From the NCBI GenBank assembly GCA_046292385.1, contig JBKBRF010000006.1:137449-201448 (forward strand): a stretch of 64,000 nt of DNA. Direction: 5' to 3'. The DNA comes from Armatimonadota bacterium (GTDB lineage Bacteria; Armatimonadota; SYMT01). This document shows, one piece after another, positions 39,831-49,747 of the stretch (position 1 is the stretch's first letter; each line of letters starts with the position of its first letter). Under the pieces are notes generated by a model. That model saw only the letters and a program-made list of their open reading frames with translations. It searched no databases and had not been told where the DNA came from. The position numbers were made by a program, and so were the translations under genes.

Positions 39831-39913
39831 GGCGCGGCCCCGGCCGGCGCCCCTATCCCGCGACTTCGACTACGCGGGGCGGCAGAGTGGGGGCGGGGGA
39901 GGCTCCGCATGGC

Positions 39914-42817
39914 TCATTTCTGCGACGAGGAGCGGGTCTGCAGCTTCTCGCGGCTGCGCGCGGCCCACGTGCTTTCTCCATAGAGATCAACTACTCGCTG
40001 CCAGGTCTCCTGCGCCGCCTTCGGATCGCCGAGCTTCTCGTAGCACTCGCCGGCGCGGTAGCTCGCCTCCGCCGCCACCTCCGGGAAGCGGCCGAAGAGG
40101 GTGGCGCTCCGCAGATACTCCGGCAGCGCTTTCTTCGGCCCGTCCTTCAGGAAGAGCGTCTCCGCTTTAAGAAGGTGGGCCCGCGCGCCGTACCAGCCGT
40201 TCGCGGGGACGCCTACCTCTTCCGCCAGGGCGCGGGCGCGGTCGAGCTCCCCCTGCATCAGGTAGGCGAGCGCAGCGCCGACTTTCGCCTGCATCACCAG
40301 CTCGACGGCGGGGGTCTCGCCCGTGCTTCCCTTCAGCAGCGGCTCGAGCTGCTCCAGCGCGTGCCGGTCCTTCTCCAACTGCAGGAACGCCTCCGCCGCG
40401 CGGACCCGGCTCTCGACGGCGAGTGGGTGCTTCGGAAAGCGGAAGGCGAGCGCGGCGAACGTCTCCGCTGCACGCTCGTGATCGCCCAGCCGGCGCAGCG
40501 CCCAGCCCAGCTTGTAAGCGGCAGCCGGAGCCGCCGCTCCCGCCGCCCCCGCGGCGCGACGGTAGTGCTCCGCAGCTTCGGCGAACCGCCCCGCCGCGTA
40601 CTCTAGCTCGCCGAGGCGGAAGCTGGCGTCCGCGGCCAGGGGATGAGACGTGAGCTCCGAGACGAGCCGCTCGAACGAAGGGCGCGCCGCCTCCGCGCGG
40701 CCCTGGTCCAGTGCCGCCCACCCGAGGGCGTAGAGCAGCGCCCCGGTCTGGGCGGGGGAGGGCTTGCTCTCCAGAGCCTGCTTCAGCAGCGTCTCCGCCT
40801 CGGCGGCCTTTCCCTGGGCGGAGAGCAGGCGGGCTGCGCCGAGCGCAGCGTCGACCCGGATGGCGGCCCCGGCCTCCGGGCTAAGGGCGCGGCGATACGC
40901 CGCCAGCGCGGCGGTACGGTCGGCCGCCTTCTCGTAGACGGTCCCCAGGCGGAGCTGGAGCGCCGCGTCAAACGCGGGAGAGGGCGCGTCGGCCGCAATC
41001 TGTTTCAACTGGTCCTCGAGCTCGGCCGGGCGGCGGGTGACGACGGCGAGCTCCGCCAGCCCGGCGCGGGCGCGGAGCCGCGCGGCGCGGTCCGGCTTCT
41101 GCGCCAGGGCCTGGTTGAAGAGTGCGGCTGCCTCCGCCGGCTTGCCGTCCCGCAGGAGCTTCTCGCCCTGCTCCAGCACCCCATCCGCGAGCGTCACCGT
41201 GCCCTTGAAACGCGTGGCGATCAGCTCCTCCACCGCCTCCGCTTTCGCCGACTGGCGGGTGTCGCGGTAGTGGTTCAGCAGCACGCGGGCCGCCTCGGGC
41301 GCGTCCGGGCTGCCCGGGTGCTTCTCCAGAAGCTCGGAGAGGCTGGCCACTGCTTCCTCTGGGCGGTCGAGCCGAAGCTGTGCCCGTCCCCGGATCGCCA
41401 GCATGGCGGCGCGGTGCGGCGGCTCCAGCTCGTCCTTCAGCAGCGCGTCGGCGCGCTCGAGCGCGCCGCGGGCATCCCCCTGCTCCAGACTCGCCCGGGC
41501 CAGCAGCGCTCCCGCCGCTCTCCCCGCTGCGCCGCCGCGGCCGGCGAGGGGGGCGACCGCCGCCGCGGCTTCCTTCCACTCTTCCCGACGAAGGTGCAGG
41601 TCGGCCAGCTGCAGCGCGGCCTGGTCCCGCAGCTCGGGCTCCCCCTTGCCTCCCGCCACCGGCTTGAGCAGGGCGATGGCGGCGGGAAGGTCTCCGGAGC
41701 CGATCCGGATCTCCGCCAGCCGCAGCGCGCCGAGGTCGCTCCAGCTGCCGGCGGCGCGGTCGGCGGCGAGCGCGGCGTAATGCTCCGCGGCGGCCGGCAG
41801 CTTACGGTCTTCCATCTCCAGCCGGGCGAGGGTGAAGCGGGCCTCGCCGGCCACCACGCGGTCTTTGTCGTCGAGCAGCGCCTGGTAGCGCTTCCGCGCC
41901 TCGGCCGCGTTCTTCTCCGCCAGGTAGCTGTCCGCGATCCGGAGCTGCGCCTCCGGCCCGATCCCCGCGCGGGCGAAGATGACGCCCGCCGCCTCGAACG
42001 CCGCCCGGGCCACTTCGTAGTCGCCGCGCGCCAGGGCGACCCGTCCCAGTCCGAGCTGCGCCCGCGGCGCCTGGGCCTCATCCGTATAGAGCCGCAGGAT
42101 GCGCCGGAACTCCGCCTCCGCTTCGGAGGGCTTCTCTAGGACGAGGTAGGCTTCCCCCGCGGCGAGCGCCGCCTTCGGCGCCAGCGGGTCTCGCCAGTAG
42201 CGCTCCGCCAGCGTGCGGTAGGCGACCGCGGCCTCCCCGGTGCTGCCCGCCAGACGGTGCGACTCGGCAAGCTGGAAGAAGGCGCGCGGCGCCTCCGGGA
42301 AGTCGACCCACCGGGTCACGCGGTAGTAGGCCCTGGCCGCGTCGGCGTAGCGCTCCGCCGCGAAGTGCAGCTCGCCCAGGAGCAGCGCCACGCGCGGTCC
42401 GAGCCGGTCATCGTACTCGGTCAGGCCGAACGCCTCGTCGAGCGCCTTCACCGCAGCCGCGCTCTCGTCCCGCGCCGCGTGCACCCGCGCCAGCCCGAAG
42501 AGCGCCCCGGCCCGGACGGGGTCGGCCGGCTTCCCCTCGAGCACCGCCGCGAACTGCTTCTCCGCCTCGGCCGGCTTCTTCAGCTCCAGCAGGGCGTCGC
42601 CCAGCCGGAGCCGGGCCTCCGGCGCCTTTGCATGCCGCGGGTTGACGGAGAGGAACTTCTCCAGCGCCGGTACCGCCTCCGCCCACTTGCCGGACTGTAC
42701 CAGCGCGGCGGCCGTGGTATAGGCGGCGTCTCCCGGCATCTCCTCCGCGAGCACCGGCATCGTGACGGCACACAGCCCCATCCACAGCGCCAGCACCCGG
42801 CGGCCCTTAAATAGCAT
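39914..42817 (-). CDS. Secreted TPR protein (CpoB/BamD-like repeats)
   Basis: Signal peptide, many A..A...LG..YP.S-type repeats; start 42817 or 42838. Confidence 0.85.
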   Translation of the reverse strand: MLFKGRRVLALWMGLCAVTMPVLAEEMPGDAAYTTAAALVQSGKWAEAVPALEKFLSVNPRHAKAPEARLRLGDALLELKKPAEAEKQFAAVLEGKPADPVRAGALFGLARVHAARDESAAAVKALDEAFGLTEYDDRLGPRVALLLGELHFAAERYADAARAYYRVTRWVDFPEAPRAFFQLAESHRLAGSTGEAAVAYRTLAERYWRDPLAPKAALAAGEAYLVLEKPSEAEAEFRRILRLYTDEAQAPRAQLGLGRVALARGDYEVARAAFEAAGVIFARAGIGPEAQLRIADSYLAEKNAAEARKRYQALLDDKDRVVAGEARFTLARLEMEDRKLPAAAEHYAALAADRAAGSWSDLGALRLAEIRIGSGDLPAAIALLKPVAGGKGEPELRDQAALQLADLHLRREEWKEAAAAVAPLAGRGGAAGRAAGALLARASLEQGDARGALERADALLKDELEPPHRAAMLAIRGRAQLRLDRPEEAVASLSELLEKHPGSPDAPEAARVLLNHYRDTRQSAKAEAVEELIATRFKGTVTLADGVLEQGEKLLRDGKPAEAAALFNQALAQKPDRAARLRARAGLAELAVVTRRPAELEDQLKQIAADAPSPAFDAALQLRLGTVYEKAADRTAALAAYRRALSPEAGAAIRVDAALGAARLLSAQGKAAEAETLLKQALESKPSPAQTGALLYALGWAALDQGRAEAARPSFERLVSELTSHPLAADASFRLGELEYAAGRFAEAAEHYRRAAGAAGAAAPAAAYKLGWALRRLGDHERAAETFAALAFRFPKHPLAVESRVRAAEAFLQLEKDRHALEQLEPLLKGSTGETPAVELVMQAKVGAALAYLMQGELDRARALAEEVGVPANGWYGARAHLLKAETLFLKDGPKKALPEYLRSATLFGRFPEVAAEASYRAGECYEKLGDPKAAQETWQRVVDLYGESTWAARSREKLQTRSSSQK

Positions 42818-43002
42818 CGATCCGATCCCCCGCCGCACGCGGCAACTCGTCAGGCACCCAGTTTAGAGTTTCGGGCGCCGTGAGCCGGAAGCCTCCGCGG
42901 AAGAGGCGTGTCGTCGCTCCCGCTGCGAAAAGCCAATTGCTCCAGGCACGCGGAGCCCGGGTCCAAGTCTACCATCGCCCCGGTTCGGGGAAGAGTCGCA
43001 GT

Positions 43003-43227
43003 ATGAAGATCGCCCTCGGAGTGCTGCTCGCCTTCCTGATCGGCGCCGGATGCCGCTGGCTCGACCTCCCGGTTCCCGCGCCGAACCGCCTGCTCGGCGC
43101 CCTGCTGATCGTCTGCGTGACGCTCGGCTACCTGGGGGCCGACTACTACCTCACCCGGCGGGAGGGTCCGCCCACCGCCGTCTCTCAGGCTCCGGAGAAC
43201 CCAAGACAGCGAGGGCTCGCTCCATGA
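43003..43227 (+). CDS. XapX / DUF1427 small membrane protein
   Basis: LLAFLIGAGCRWLDLPVPAP..LLGALLIVCVTLGY. Confidence 0.8.
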   Translation: MKIALGVLLAFLIGAGCRWLDLPVPAPNRLLGALLIVCVTLGYLGADYYLTRREGPPTAVSQAPENPRQRGLAP

Positions 43228-43294
43228 AGGAAGCGCCCCCGGCCGTGTGAGACCTCTGCTTAGGCGGCAGAGCGGAAGAGGCGGGGGTACTTGC

Positions 43295-45091
43295 GTGGGA
43301 GAGAGGCCGGGGAACAGACAGGCACTGCAGCTTCGTGCCGGACCGCTCACCCTGCTCTTCGAGCCGGAGCTGGCCTTCCTCCGATACGTCCGCCTCGGCT
43401 CCACCGAAGTGCTGCGCGGGATCTACGCGGCGGTACGAGACCAAAACTGGGGCACCGTGCCGCCACGCGTAACGCACCTGCAGGTGGAGCAGGCGGCGGA
43501 AAGCTTCCGGCTCTCGTTCGACGTCGAGTGCATCCAGGAGGAGATCGACTTCGCCTGGCGCGGCACCCTCACCGGGGACGCCAGCGGCAGCGTGACCTAT
43601 CGCATGGAGGGTGTGGCTCGCTCCCGCTTCCGCCGCAACCGGATCGGCTTCTGCGTGCTGCATCCGGCGTCGGTAGCCGGGCTCGACTGCCGGGTGGAGC
43701 ACGTCGACGGCTCGCTGGAGGAGGGCCGCTTCCCCGACCGTATCGCGCCGCACCAGCCGTTCTTCCGGATCCGCGCGCTCACGCACCCCGTGGGGAGCGG
43801 CGTGGAGGCGGAGGTGCGGCTCGACGGCGACACGTTCGAGATGGAGGACCAGCGGAACTGGACCGACGCCTCGTTCAAGACCTACTGCACGCCGCTGGGC
43901 CTACCCTTCCCGGTCGAGGTAGAGGCCGGAACCCGGATGAGCCAGTCGGTCACCCTGCGCCTGCGCGGATCGGCGCCGCCGGCCATCGCCGCGCCCGAGG
44001 CGCCGGTGGAGATCTCGCTGGATGACGCACGCCGGCACCCGCTGCCGGAGATCGGCCTCGCGCTTGGTCCCGGACCGATGACCGAGCAGCAGCTCGAGCG
44101 TCTGAAGCGCCTCCATTTAGGGCACCTGCGCGTGGACCTCCGCCTGGACCTTGGCGACTACCCGGCACGCCTCCGGCAGGCAGTGGAGGTCTCGGCGGAG
44201 CTCAACTGCCGCCTGCACCTGGCGCTCCACGTCACCGACGACGCCGAGGCCGAGCTGCGTGCGCTGGCGTCGCTTACTAAGCTGGACGCGCTGCGGGAGG
44301 CGACCTGGCTCGTCTACCGGCACCGCGGACAGGCGGTCACCGAACCGTGGGCCGGGCTCGCGCGCCGCATCCTGGAGGAGCGGCTGGGGTCGGTCACCGT
44401 GGGCGGCGGCACCGATGCCTACTTCACGGAGTTGAACCGCGGGCGACCGCCCCTGCCGGAGGGGGCGCCGGTCAGCTTTTCACTCAATCCACAGGTCCAC
44501 GCGTTCGACGACGCCTCGCTGTTGGAGACGCTGGAAGTGCAGGGCCTGACGGTGCGGGACGCACAGGCACTCTACCCCGGGCACCCGGTCTACGTCTCCC
44601 CCGTCACGCTGCGCCCCCGCTTCAACCCGGCCGCCACGGACCTGGGGGCGGAGGAGCTTTCGCCGGCGGACCCTCGGCTGAATCAAAACTTCGGCGCGGC
44701 GTGGACGCTGGGCAGTCTCTGCAGTTTGATCTCGTACAACCCCGCTTCGATCACCTACCACGAGACGCACGGCGCCGCCGGAGTGATCGGCCGGCGGGCG
44801 CCCGAATCCGCGCTCGCGGAAGAGCATGACGTCTCGCCTCTCTACCGCATGTTCGCAGAGGTGGGCGAGCTCGGCGGAGGTGAAGCTCAAGCCAGACTGC
44901 TCGGCTCGCCGCCGTGGGCGGCGGCGCTCCTGCTTCGAAACGGCGAACGCCGGCGCGGGCTCGTAGCGAACCTCACGGGAGAGAGGCTGACTGTCCGTCT
45001 GCGGGGCCACCCGAGCAGTCCGGAGCCGGACGAGCTGGCACCGTACCGCGTTGCAATCTTTGAGGACCATGGGGTCCGCCGGGGAGAGTAG
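43295..45091 (+). CDS. apnL: Probable D-apionate lactonase
   Basis: VRDQNWGT, NRIGFCVLHP, FEMEDQRNWTDASFKTYCTPL, GGGTDAYFTELNR, QVHAFDD; apiose-pathway context; start uncertain (43247/43295). Confidence 0.75.
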   Translation: MGERPGNRQALQLRAGPLTLLFEPELAFLRYVRLGSTEVLRGIYAAVRDQNWGTVPPRVTHLQVEQAAESFRLSFDVECIQEEIDFAWRGTLTGDASGSVTYRMEGVARSRFRRNRIGFCVLHPASVAGLDCRVEHVDGSLEEGRFPDRIAPHQPFFRIRALTHPVGSGVEAEVRLDGDTFEMEDQRNWTDASFKTYCTPLGLPFPVEVEAGTRMSQSVTLRLRGSAPPAIAAPEAPVEISLDDARRHPLPEIGLALGPGPMTEQQLERLKRLHLGHLRVDLRLDLGDYPARLRQAVEVSAELNCRLHLALHVTDDAEAELRALASLTKLDALREATWLVYRHRGQAVTEPWAGLARRILEERLGSVTVGGGTDAYFTELNRGRPPLPEGAPVSFSLNPQVHAFDDASLLETLEVQGLTVRDAQALYPGHPVYVSPVTLRPRFNPAATDLGAEELSPADPRLNQNFGAAWTLGSLCSLISYNPASITYHETHGAAGVIGRRAPESALAEEHDVSPLYRMFAEVGELGGGEAQARLLGSPPWAAALLLRNGERRRGLVANLTGERLTVRLRGHPSSPEPDELAPYRVAIFEDHGVRRGE

Positions 45092-46123
45092 ATGAGCAAG
45101 CTTCGAGGCGCTCTGATCGGGTGCGGATTCTTTGCGCGAAACCACTTGCACGGGTGGGCGGAGGTGGAGGCGGCAGCGATCGTCGCGACGTGCGACGTCG
45201 ACCGCTCCCGCGCCGAGGCGTACGCGCGGGAATTCGGCATTGCCGCGGCCTACGCCGATCCGGCGGAGATGCTGGTGCGGGAGCGGCTCGACTTCGTCGA
45301 CATCGTCACCCAGCCCGGCACCCACCGGGAGCTGACGGAGCTGGCTGCGTCCCGCGGGGTGCACGTGATCTGCCAGAAGCCGATGGCGCCGAGCCTGGAA
45401 GAGGCGCGGTCAATGGTCGCCGCCTGCCGGGCCGCGGGCGTGCGGTTCATGGTCCACGAGAACTTCCGCTGGCAGCGGCCGATGCGAGAGCTGAAGCAGG
45501 CGAGCGAGGAGCTGGGAGAGCTCTTCTTCGGACGGATCACCTGGCGCACGCCGTTCGACATCTACCACTACCAGCCGTACCTGGCGGAGGACCCGCGCTT
45601 CATCATCGCGGACCTGGGGGTGCACCTGCTCGATCTCGCCCGGTTCTTCCTGGGGGAGGTGGAGCAGCTCTACTGCGTCACCCGGCGCGTGAACCCGCGG
45701 ATCCAGGGAGAGGACGTGGCGACGATACTCTTGAAGATGCGGAGCGGCGCGGCGTGCGTGGTGGAGGCGAGCTACGCTTCTCCGCTGGAGGACGACCCGT
45801 TCCCGCAGACGCTGGTTTACCTGGAGGGCTCTGAAAAGACCGCGATCCTCTCGCCGGGGTTCGAGCTCACCGTCACCCGGCCCGGGGAGACGGTCCGGCG
45901 CGACGTCTCCCCGCCCCTGCTCTCCTGGGCCAGCCCCCCGGCACACGCAATTCAGGAGAGCATCCCGTCGCTGCAGCGACACTGGGTGGAGTGCCTGCGG
46001 GAAGGGCGGGAGCCGGAGACCTCCGGAGTCGACAACCTGCGGACGCTGGAGCTGGTCTACGGCGCCTACGAGTCGGCGGAGACCGCGAGGGCGGTGAATC
46101 CGCACGGGGAGCAAACTCGATGA
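45092..46123 (+). CDS. apsD: Gfo/Idh/MocA oxidoreductase, probable D-apiose dehydrogenase
   Basis: GCGFFARNH, CQKP, VHENFRWQ, DLGVHLLD, PETSGVDNL; operon context. Confidence 0.75.
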   Translation: MSKLRGALIGCGFFARNHLHGWAEVEAAAIVATCDVDRSRAEAYAREFGIAAAYADPAEMLVRERLDFVDIVTQPGTHRELTELAASRGVHVICQKPMAPSLEEARSMVAACRAAGVRFMVHENFRWQRPMRELKQASEELGELFFGRITWRTPFDIYHYQPYLAEDPRFIIADLGVHLLDLARFFLGEVEQLYCVTRRVNPRIQGEDVATILLKMRSGAACVVEASYASPLEDDPFPQTLVYLEGSEKTAILSPGFELTVTRPGETVRRDVSPPLLSWASPPAHAIQESIPSLQRHWVECLREGREPETSGVDNLRTLELVYGAYESAETARAVNPHGEQTR

Positions 46124-47376
46124 GCGACCGCATCCTGGCACGCTACCGGATCGAGACGCCGCACCCGGTGGAGCGGGCGGCGGAGATGCTGGCGGGGGAG
46201 CAGTCGAGCGGCACCTTCGTCCAGGTCCCGGGAGAGACCGAGGCGCTGCGGGCCCGGCACCGGGCGCGGGTCGAGGAGATCGTCCGCTTACCCGACGCGG
46301 AAGCCCCCGGACTGCCCGGCTCCCGCCCGCCGAAGGGGCACGCCGGGCCGGTCTCCTACCACCGCGCGGAGCTGCTCGTCTCGTTCCCGCTGGAAAACGT
46401 GGGCGTCAACTTGCCGACCCTGCTCTCCACCGTCGCCGGCAACCTGTTTGAGCTAAGCGAATTCTCCGGCCTGAAACTGCTCGACCTCGAGGTTCCCGCC
46501 GCCTACACCGAGCGGTACCCCGGACCGCAATTCGGAATCGAGGGCACGCGGCGGCTCTGCGGGGTCTACGACCGCCCCATCCTCGGGACGATCGTGAAGC
46601 CGAGCGTCGGGCTCACCCCGGCACAGACGGCGGAGCTGGTGCGGGAGCTGGCGGAGGCAGGGATCGACTTCATCAAAGACGATGAGCTGATGGCCGACCC
46701 GCCGCACTCGCCACTCGCGGAGCGGGTGGCCGCGGTGACGCGGGTGATCCACGATCACGCGGACCGCACCGGCAAGCGGGTGATGTACGCCTTCAACATC
46801 AGCGACGAGCTGGACGCGATGCTCCGGCACCACGACACGGTCCTGCGGGCGGGAGGCACCTGCGTGATGGTGAGCCTCAACAGCATCGGCCTCTCCGCCC
46901 TCTCGCACCTGCGCCGCCACTGCGCGCTGCCGATCCACGGCCACCGGAACGGGTGGGGGATCTACGCGCGCTCGCCGCACCTCGGCATCGAGTTCACCGC
47001 GTTCCAGAAGCTGTGGCGCCTGGCGGGGGCCGACCACCTTCACGTAAACGGCATCGCGAACAAATTCTGGGAGCCGGACGATTCGGTCGTCCGCTCCGTA
47101 CAGTCGGTCCTCACCCCGCTCTTCGGCGGCTACCCGGCGATGCCGGTCCTTTCCTCCGGCCAGTGGGGCGGCCAGGCGCCGGAGACCTACCGGCTGACCG
47201 GGACCACCGACGTGATGTACCTGGCCGGCGGCGGCATCATGGCTCACCCGGACGGCCCCGGCGCGGGACTGATCGCAATCCGGCAGGCGTGGGCGGCCGC
47301 GGTCGAGGGCGTGCCGCTGGAAGAGTACACGCGGGAACGTCCGGAGCTGCGCCGCCAGTTGGAGAAGTTCGCGTGA
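46120..47376 (+). CDS. RuBisCO-like protein (form IV), probable 3-oxo-isoapionate-4-phosphate decarboxylase or transcarboxylase (OiaX/OiaT type)
   Basis: GEQSSGTF, GTIVKPSVGL, GIDFIKDDE, HGHRNG, GGGIMAHPDG; adjacent to a DUF1537-type kinase. Confidence 0.88.
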   Translation: MSDRILARYRIETPHPVERAAEMLAGEQSSGTFVQVPGETEALRARHRARVEEIVRLPDAEAPGLPGSRPPKGHAGPVSYHRAELLVSFPLENVGVNLPTLLSTVAGNLFELSEFSGLKLLDLEVPAAYTERYPGPQFGIEGTRRLCGVYDRPILGTIVKPSVGLTPAQTAELVRELAEAGIDFIKDDELMADPPHSPLAERVAAVTRVIHDHADRTGKRVMYAFNISDELDAMLRHHDTVLRAGGTCVMVSLNSIGLSALSHLRRHCALPIHGHRNGWGIYARSPHLGIEFTAFQKLWRLAGADHLHVNGIANKFWEPDDSVVRSVQSVLTPLFGGYPAMPVLSSGQWGGQAPETYRLTGTTDVMYLAGGGIMAHPDGPGAGLIAIRQAWAAAVEGVPLEEYTRERPELRRQLEKFA

Positions 47377-48734
47377 GCCTTCCGGACCGGCTGCTGTTGG
47401 CTTACTACGGCGACGACTTCACCGGCTCGACCGACGTGATGGAAGCGCTCACGTCGGCCGGCCTCCGGACTGTGCTGTTCCTGCAGCCGCCCACCGCGGC
47501 AGAGCTGACACGGTTTCCCGGGGTGCGCGCGGTGGGGGTGGCGGGGACGAGTCGCGCCATGTCGCCGGAAGAGATGGACCGAGAGCTGCCGCCGGCTTTC
47601 CGATCGCTGGCCGCGCTGGACGCGCCGCTGGTGCACTACAAGACCTGCTCCACCTTCGACTCTTCCCCATGGATCGGGAGCATCGGACGCGCGCTGGAGT
47701 TGGGGCAGGACGTCCTCGGCTCGCCGTGGGTGCCGATGGTGGTCGGCGCGCCGGTGCTGGGCCGCTACTGCGCCTTCGGGAACCTCTTCGCGCGCTCGGG
47801 ATGGGAGAGCGAGGTCTACCGTCTCGACCGCCATCCGACGATGCGCTACCACCCGACGACGCCGATGGACGAGAGCGATCTCCGCCTCGTCCTGGCACGC
47901 CAGACCGACCGGCGGGTCGCGCTCTTCGACCTTCCGGCGCTCCAGCAGGGTGCGGCACACCGGGAGGCCCGCCTTCAGGCGGTGCTCGGGGAGGGTCCGT
48001 CCGGCGTGCTTTTCGACACCGTTTCCGATGCCGACCTGAAAGCGATTGGGGAGCTCGTCTGGGAGGAGGCGCGGGAGCGGCCGCTCTACGCGGTCGGCTC
48101 CTCCGGCGTGGAGTACGCCCTCACCGCCCACTGGCGCGCCCGGGGCCGGCTTCCGGAGCCACCGAAGCTAGCCGTCGAGGCGGTGGAGCAGCTCGTTGTC
48201 GTCTCCGGAAGCTGCTCTCCGGTCACCGCCCGCCAGATCGCCTGCGCGCTGGAGCACGGCTTCGAGGAAGTGCCCCTCTCCGGAGAGCGGCTGGTCGACC
48301 CCGCCGAAGCGGAAGCCGAGCGCGCGCGGGCCGTCGCGCGGGCGGTAGAGGCGGCGCGTCGCGGCCGAAGCGTGATTCTCCATACCAGCCGCGGCCCGGA
48401 CGATCCCCGCGTAGCGGCGACCCTGCAGCGGTTGGAGGGGGAGAGCGGCCGTACCGCGGCGATCCTGGGGGATGCGCTGGGTCGCATTCTGGCCGAGGTG
48501 CTCCGAGCGACCGGCCTCCGCCGCGCGGCCACCACCGGCGGCGACTCCTCCAGTTACATCGCGCGGGCGCTCGGCGCCCAGGCGCTGGAGATGGCCGCCC
48601 CTTGCGCCCCCGGCTCTCCGCTCTGCCGCGTCACCGCGCCGGGCGAGCCGTACGACGGCTGCGAGATCGTCTTCAAAGGGGGGCAGGTGGGGACGAGCGA
48701 CTTCTTCTTGAGAGCGATGAGTGGGAGTCGTTAG
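47373..48734 (+). CDS. oiaK: Four-carbon acid sugar kinase family (DUF1537), probable 3-oxo-isoapionate kinase
   Basis: YYGDDFTGSTD, HYKTCSTFDSS, SGSCSPVT, GGDSS, KGGQVG; GTG overlaps the RLP stop. Confidence 0.82.
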   Translation: MSLPDRLLLAYYGDDFTGSTDVMEALTSAGLRTVLFLQPPTAAELTRFPGVRAVGVAGTSRAMSPEEMDRELPPAFRSLAALDAPLVHYKTCSTFDSSPWIGSIGRALELGQDVLGSPWVPMVVGAPVLGRYCAFGNLFARSGWESEVYRLDRHPTMRYHPTTPMDESDLRLVLARQTDRRVALFDLPALQQGAAHREARLQAVLGEGPSGVLFDTVSDADLKAIGELVWEEARERPLYAVGSSGVEYALTAHWRARGRLPEPPKLAVEAVEQLVVVSGSCSPVTARQIACALEHGFEEVPLSGERLVDPAEAEAERARAVARAVEAARRGRSVILHTSRGPDDPRVAATLQRLEGESGRTAAILGDALGRILAEVLRATGLRRAATTGGDSSSYIARALGAQALEMAAPCAPGSPLCRVTAPGEPYDGCEIVFKGGQVGTSDFFLRAMSGSR

Positions 48735-48746
48735 GCGACAGGTCTT

Positions 48747-48900
48747 TATTGCGTATCGCGTATTGCGTAGCGGCAAGTGAGTCCTGCTTTGCGGTAGACC
48801 CTGCCGAGCGGCAGGCTCCTCAGGCGATTCGCCCGGCAGGATCTACCGGAACGACAGAGGAGCATTCCGCCACGCGATACGCGATACGTCGGAATACGCA
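48747..48900. repeat. Nested inverted repeat with heptamer tandem repeats
   Basis: (TATYGCG)x3 at 48747-48767 is the inverse of (ACGCGAT)x2 at 48872-48888; inner 16/18 inverted repeat 48793-48810 / 48830-48847. Confidence 0.6.
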
Positions 48901-48913
48901 CGGAGACATCACG

Positions 48914-49747
48914 ATGACCACGATTGCGCTGATCGGGGCGGGCGGAAACATGGGCACCCGGCTCTCTCGGAGCCTGGCGGGGGATGCGGAGTACGCAGTG
49001 CTGCACGTCGAGTCGGGCGAGCGGGGTCTCGCGCGGCTGCGGGAGCGGGGGATCGAAGCGGTGCCGGCGGAGGAGGCGGTGCCGCGGGCGGACGTGGTGA
49101 TCCTGGCGGTGCCGGACCACCTGATCGGACCGGTGGCCGCGGGCGTGGTGCCCCACATGCGGAGCGGCGCGCTGGCCATGTGTCTCGATCCCGCCGCGCC
49201 GCACGCCGGGCGACTGCCGCAGCGGGATGACGTCTCCTACTTCGTCTGCCACCCCGCGCATCCGCCGGTGTTCAACGACGAGACCGACCCCGAGGCGCGC
49301 CGGGACTTCTTTGGCAGCGGCAAAGCGAAGCAGTCGGTCGTCTGCGCCTTGATGCAGGGACCGGAGGAGGCCTACGCCCTCGGCGAGGCGATTGCCTGCC
49401 GCATCTTCCGCCCGATCCTGCGCTCGCACCGGGTCACCGTGGAGCAGATGGCGATCCTCGAGCCGGCGCTCTCCGAGACGGTGACGGCGACCTGCATTAC
49501 GATCATCCGCGAGGCGATGGACGAGGCGGTCCGGCGCGGCGTGCCCGAGGCAGCGGCGCGCGACTTCCTGCTGGGCCACATCAACATCCCGCTTGCTATC
49601 GTCTTCAACGAGATCGAGTGGCAGTTCTCCGCCGGCGCGCAGCGCGCGATCGAAGAGGGCAAACGGAAGCTGTTCCGGGACGATTGGAAGCGCGTCTTCG
49701 AACCGGAAGAAGTCCGCGCCAGCGTGGAGCGGATCGCCAACGGATGA
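48914..49747 (+). CDS. apnO: Probable D-apionate oxidoisomerase (6PGD C-terminal-like family)
   Basis: IALIGAGGNMG, LDPAAP, HPAHPPVFNDE, CALMQGPE, MAILEPALSET, RDFLLGH. Confidence 0.8.
   Translation: MTTIALIGAGGNMGTRLSRSLAGDAEYAVLHVESGERGLARLRERGIEAVPAEEAVPRADVVILAVPDHLIGPVAAGVVPHMRSGALAMCLDPAAPHAGRLPQRDDVSYFVCHPAHPPVFNDETDPEARRDFFGSGKAKQSVVCALMQGPEEAYALGEAIACRIFRPILRSHRVTVEQMAILEPALSETVTATCITIIREAMDEAVRRGVPEAAARDFLLGHINIPLAIVFNEIEWQFSAGAQRAIEEGKRKLFRDDWKRVFEPEEVRASVERIANG

Noticed and set aside
46120..47376. RuBisCO large subunit implying carbon fixation
   Set aside because: Form IV features and sugar-acid catabolic neighbours; no small subunit or phosphoribulokinase gene
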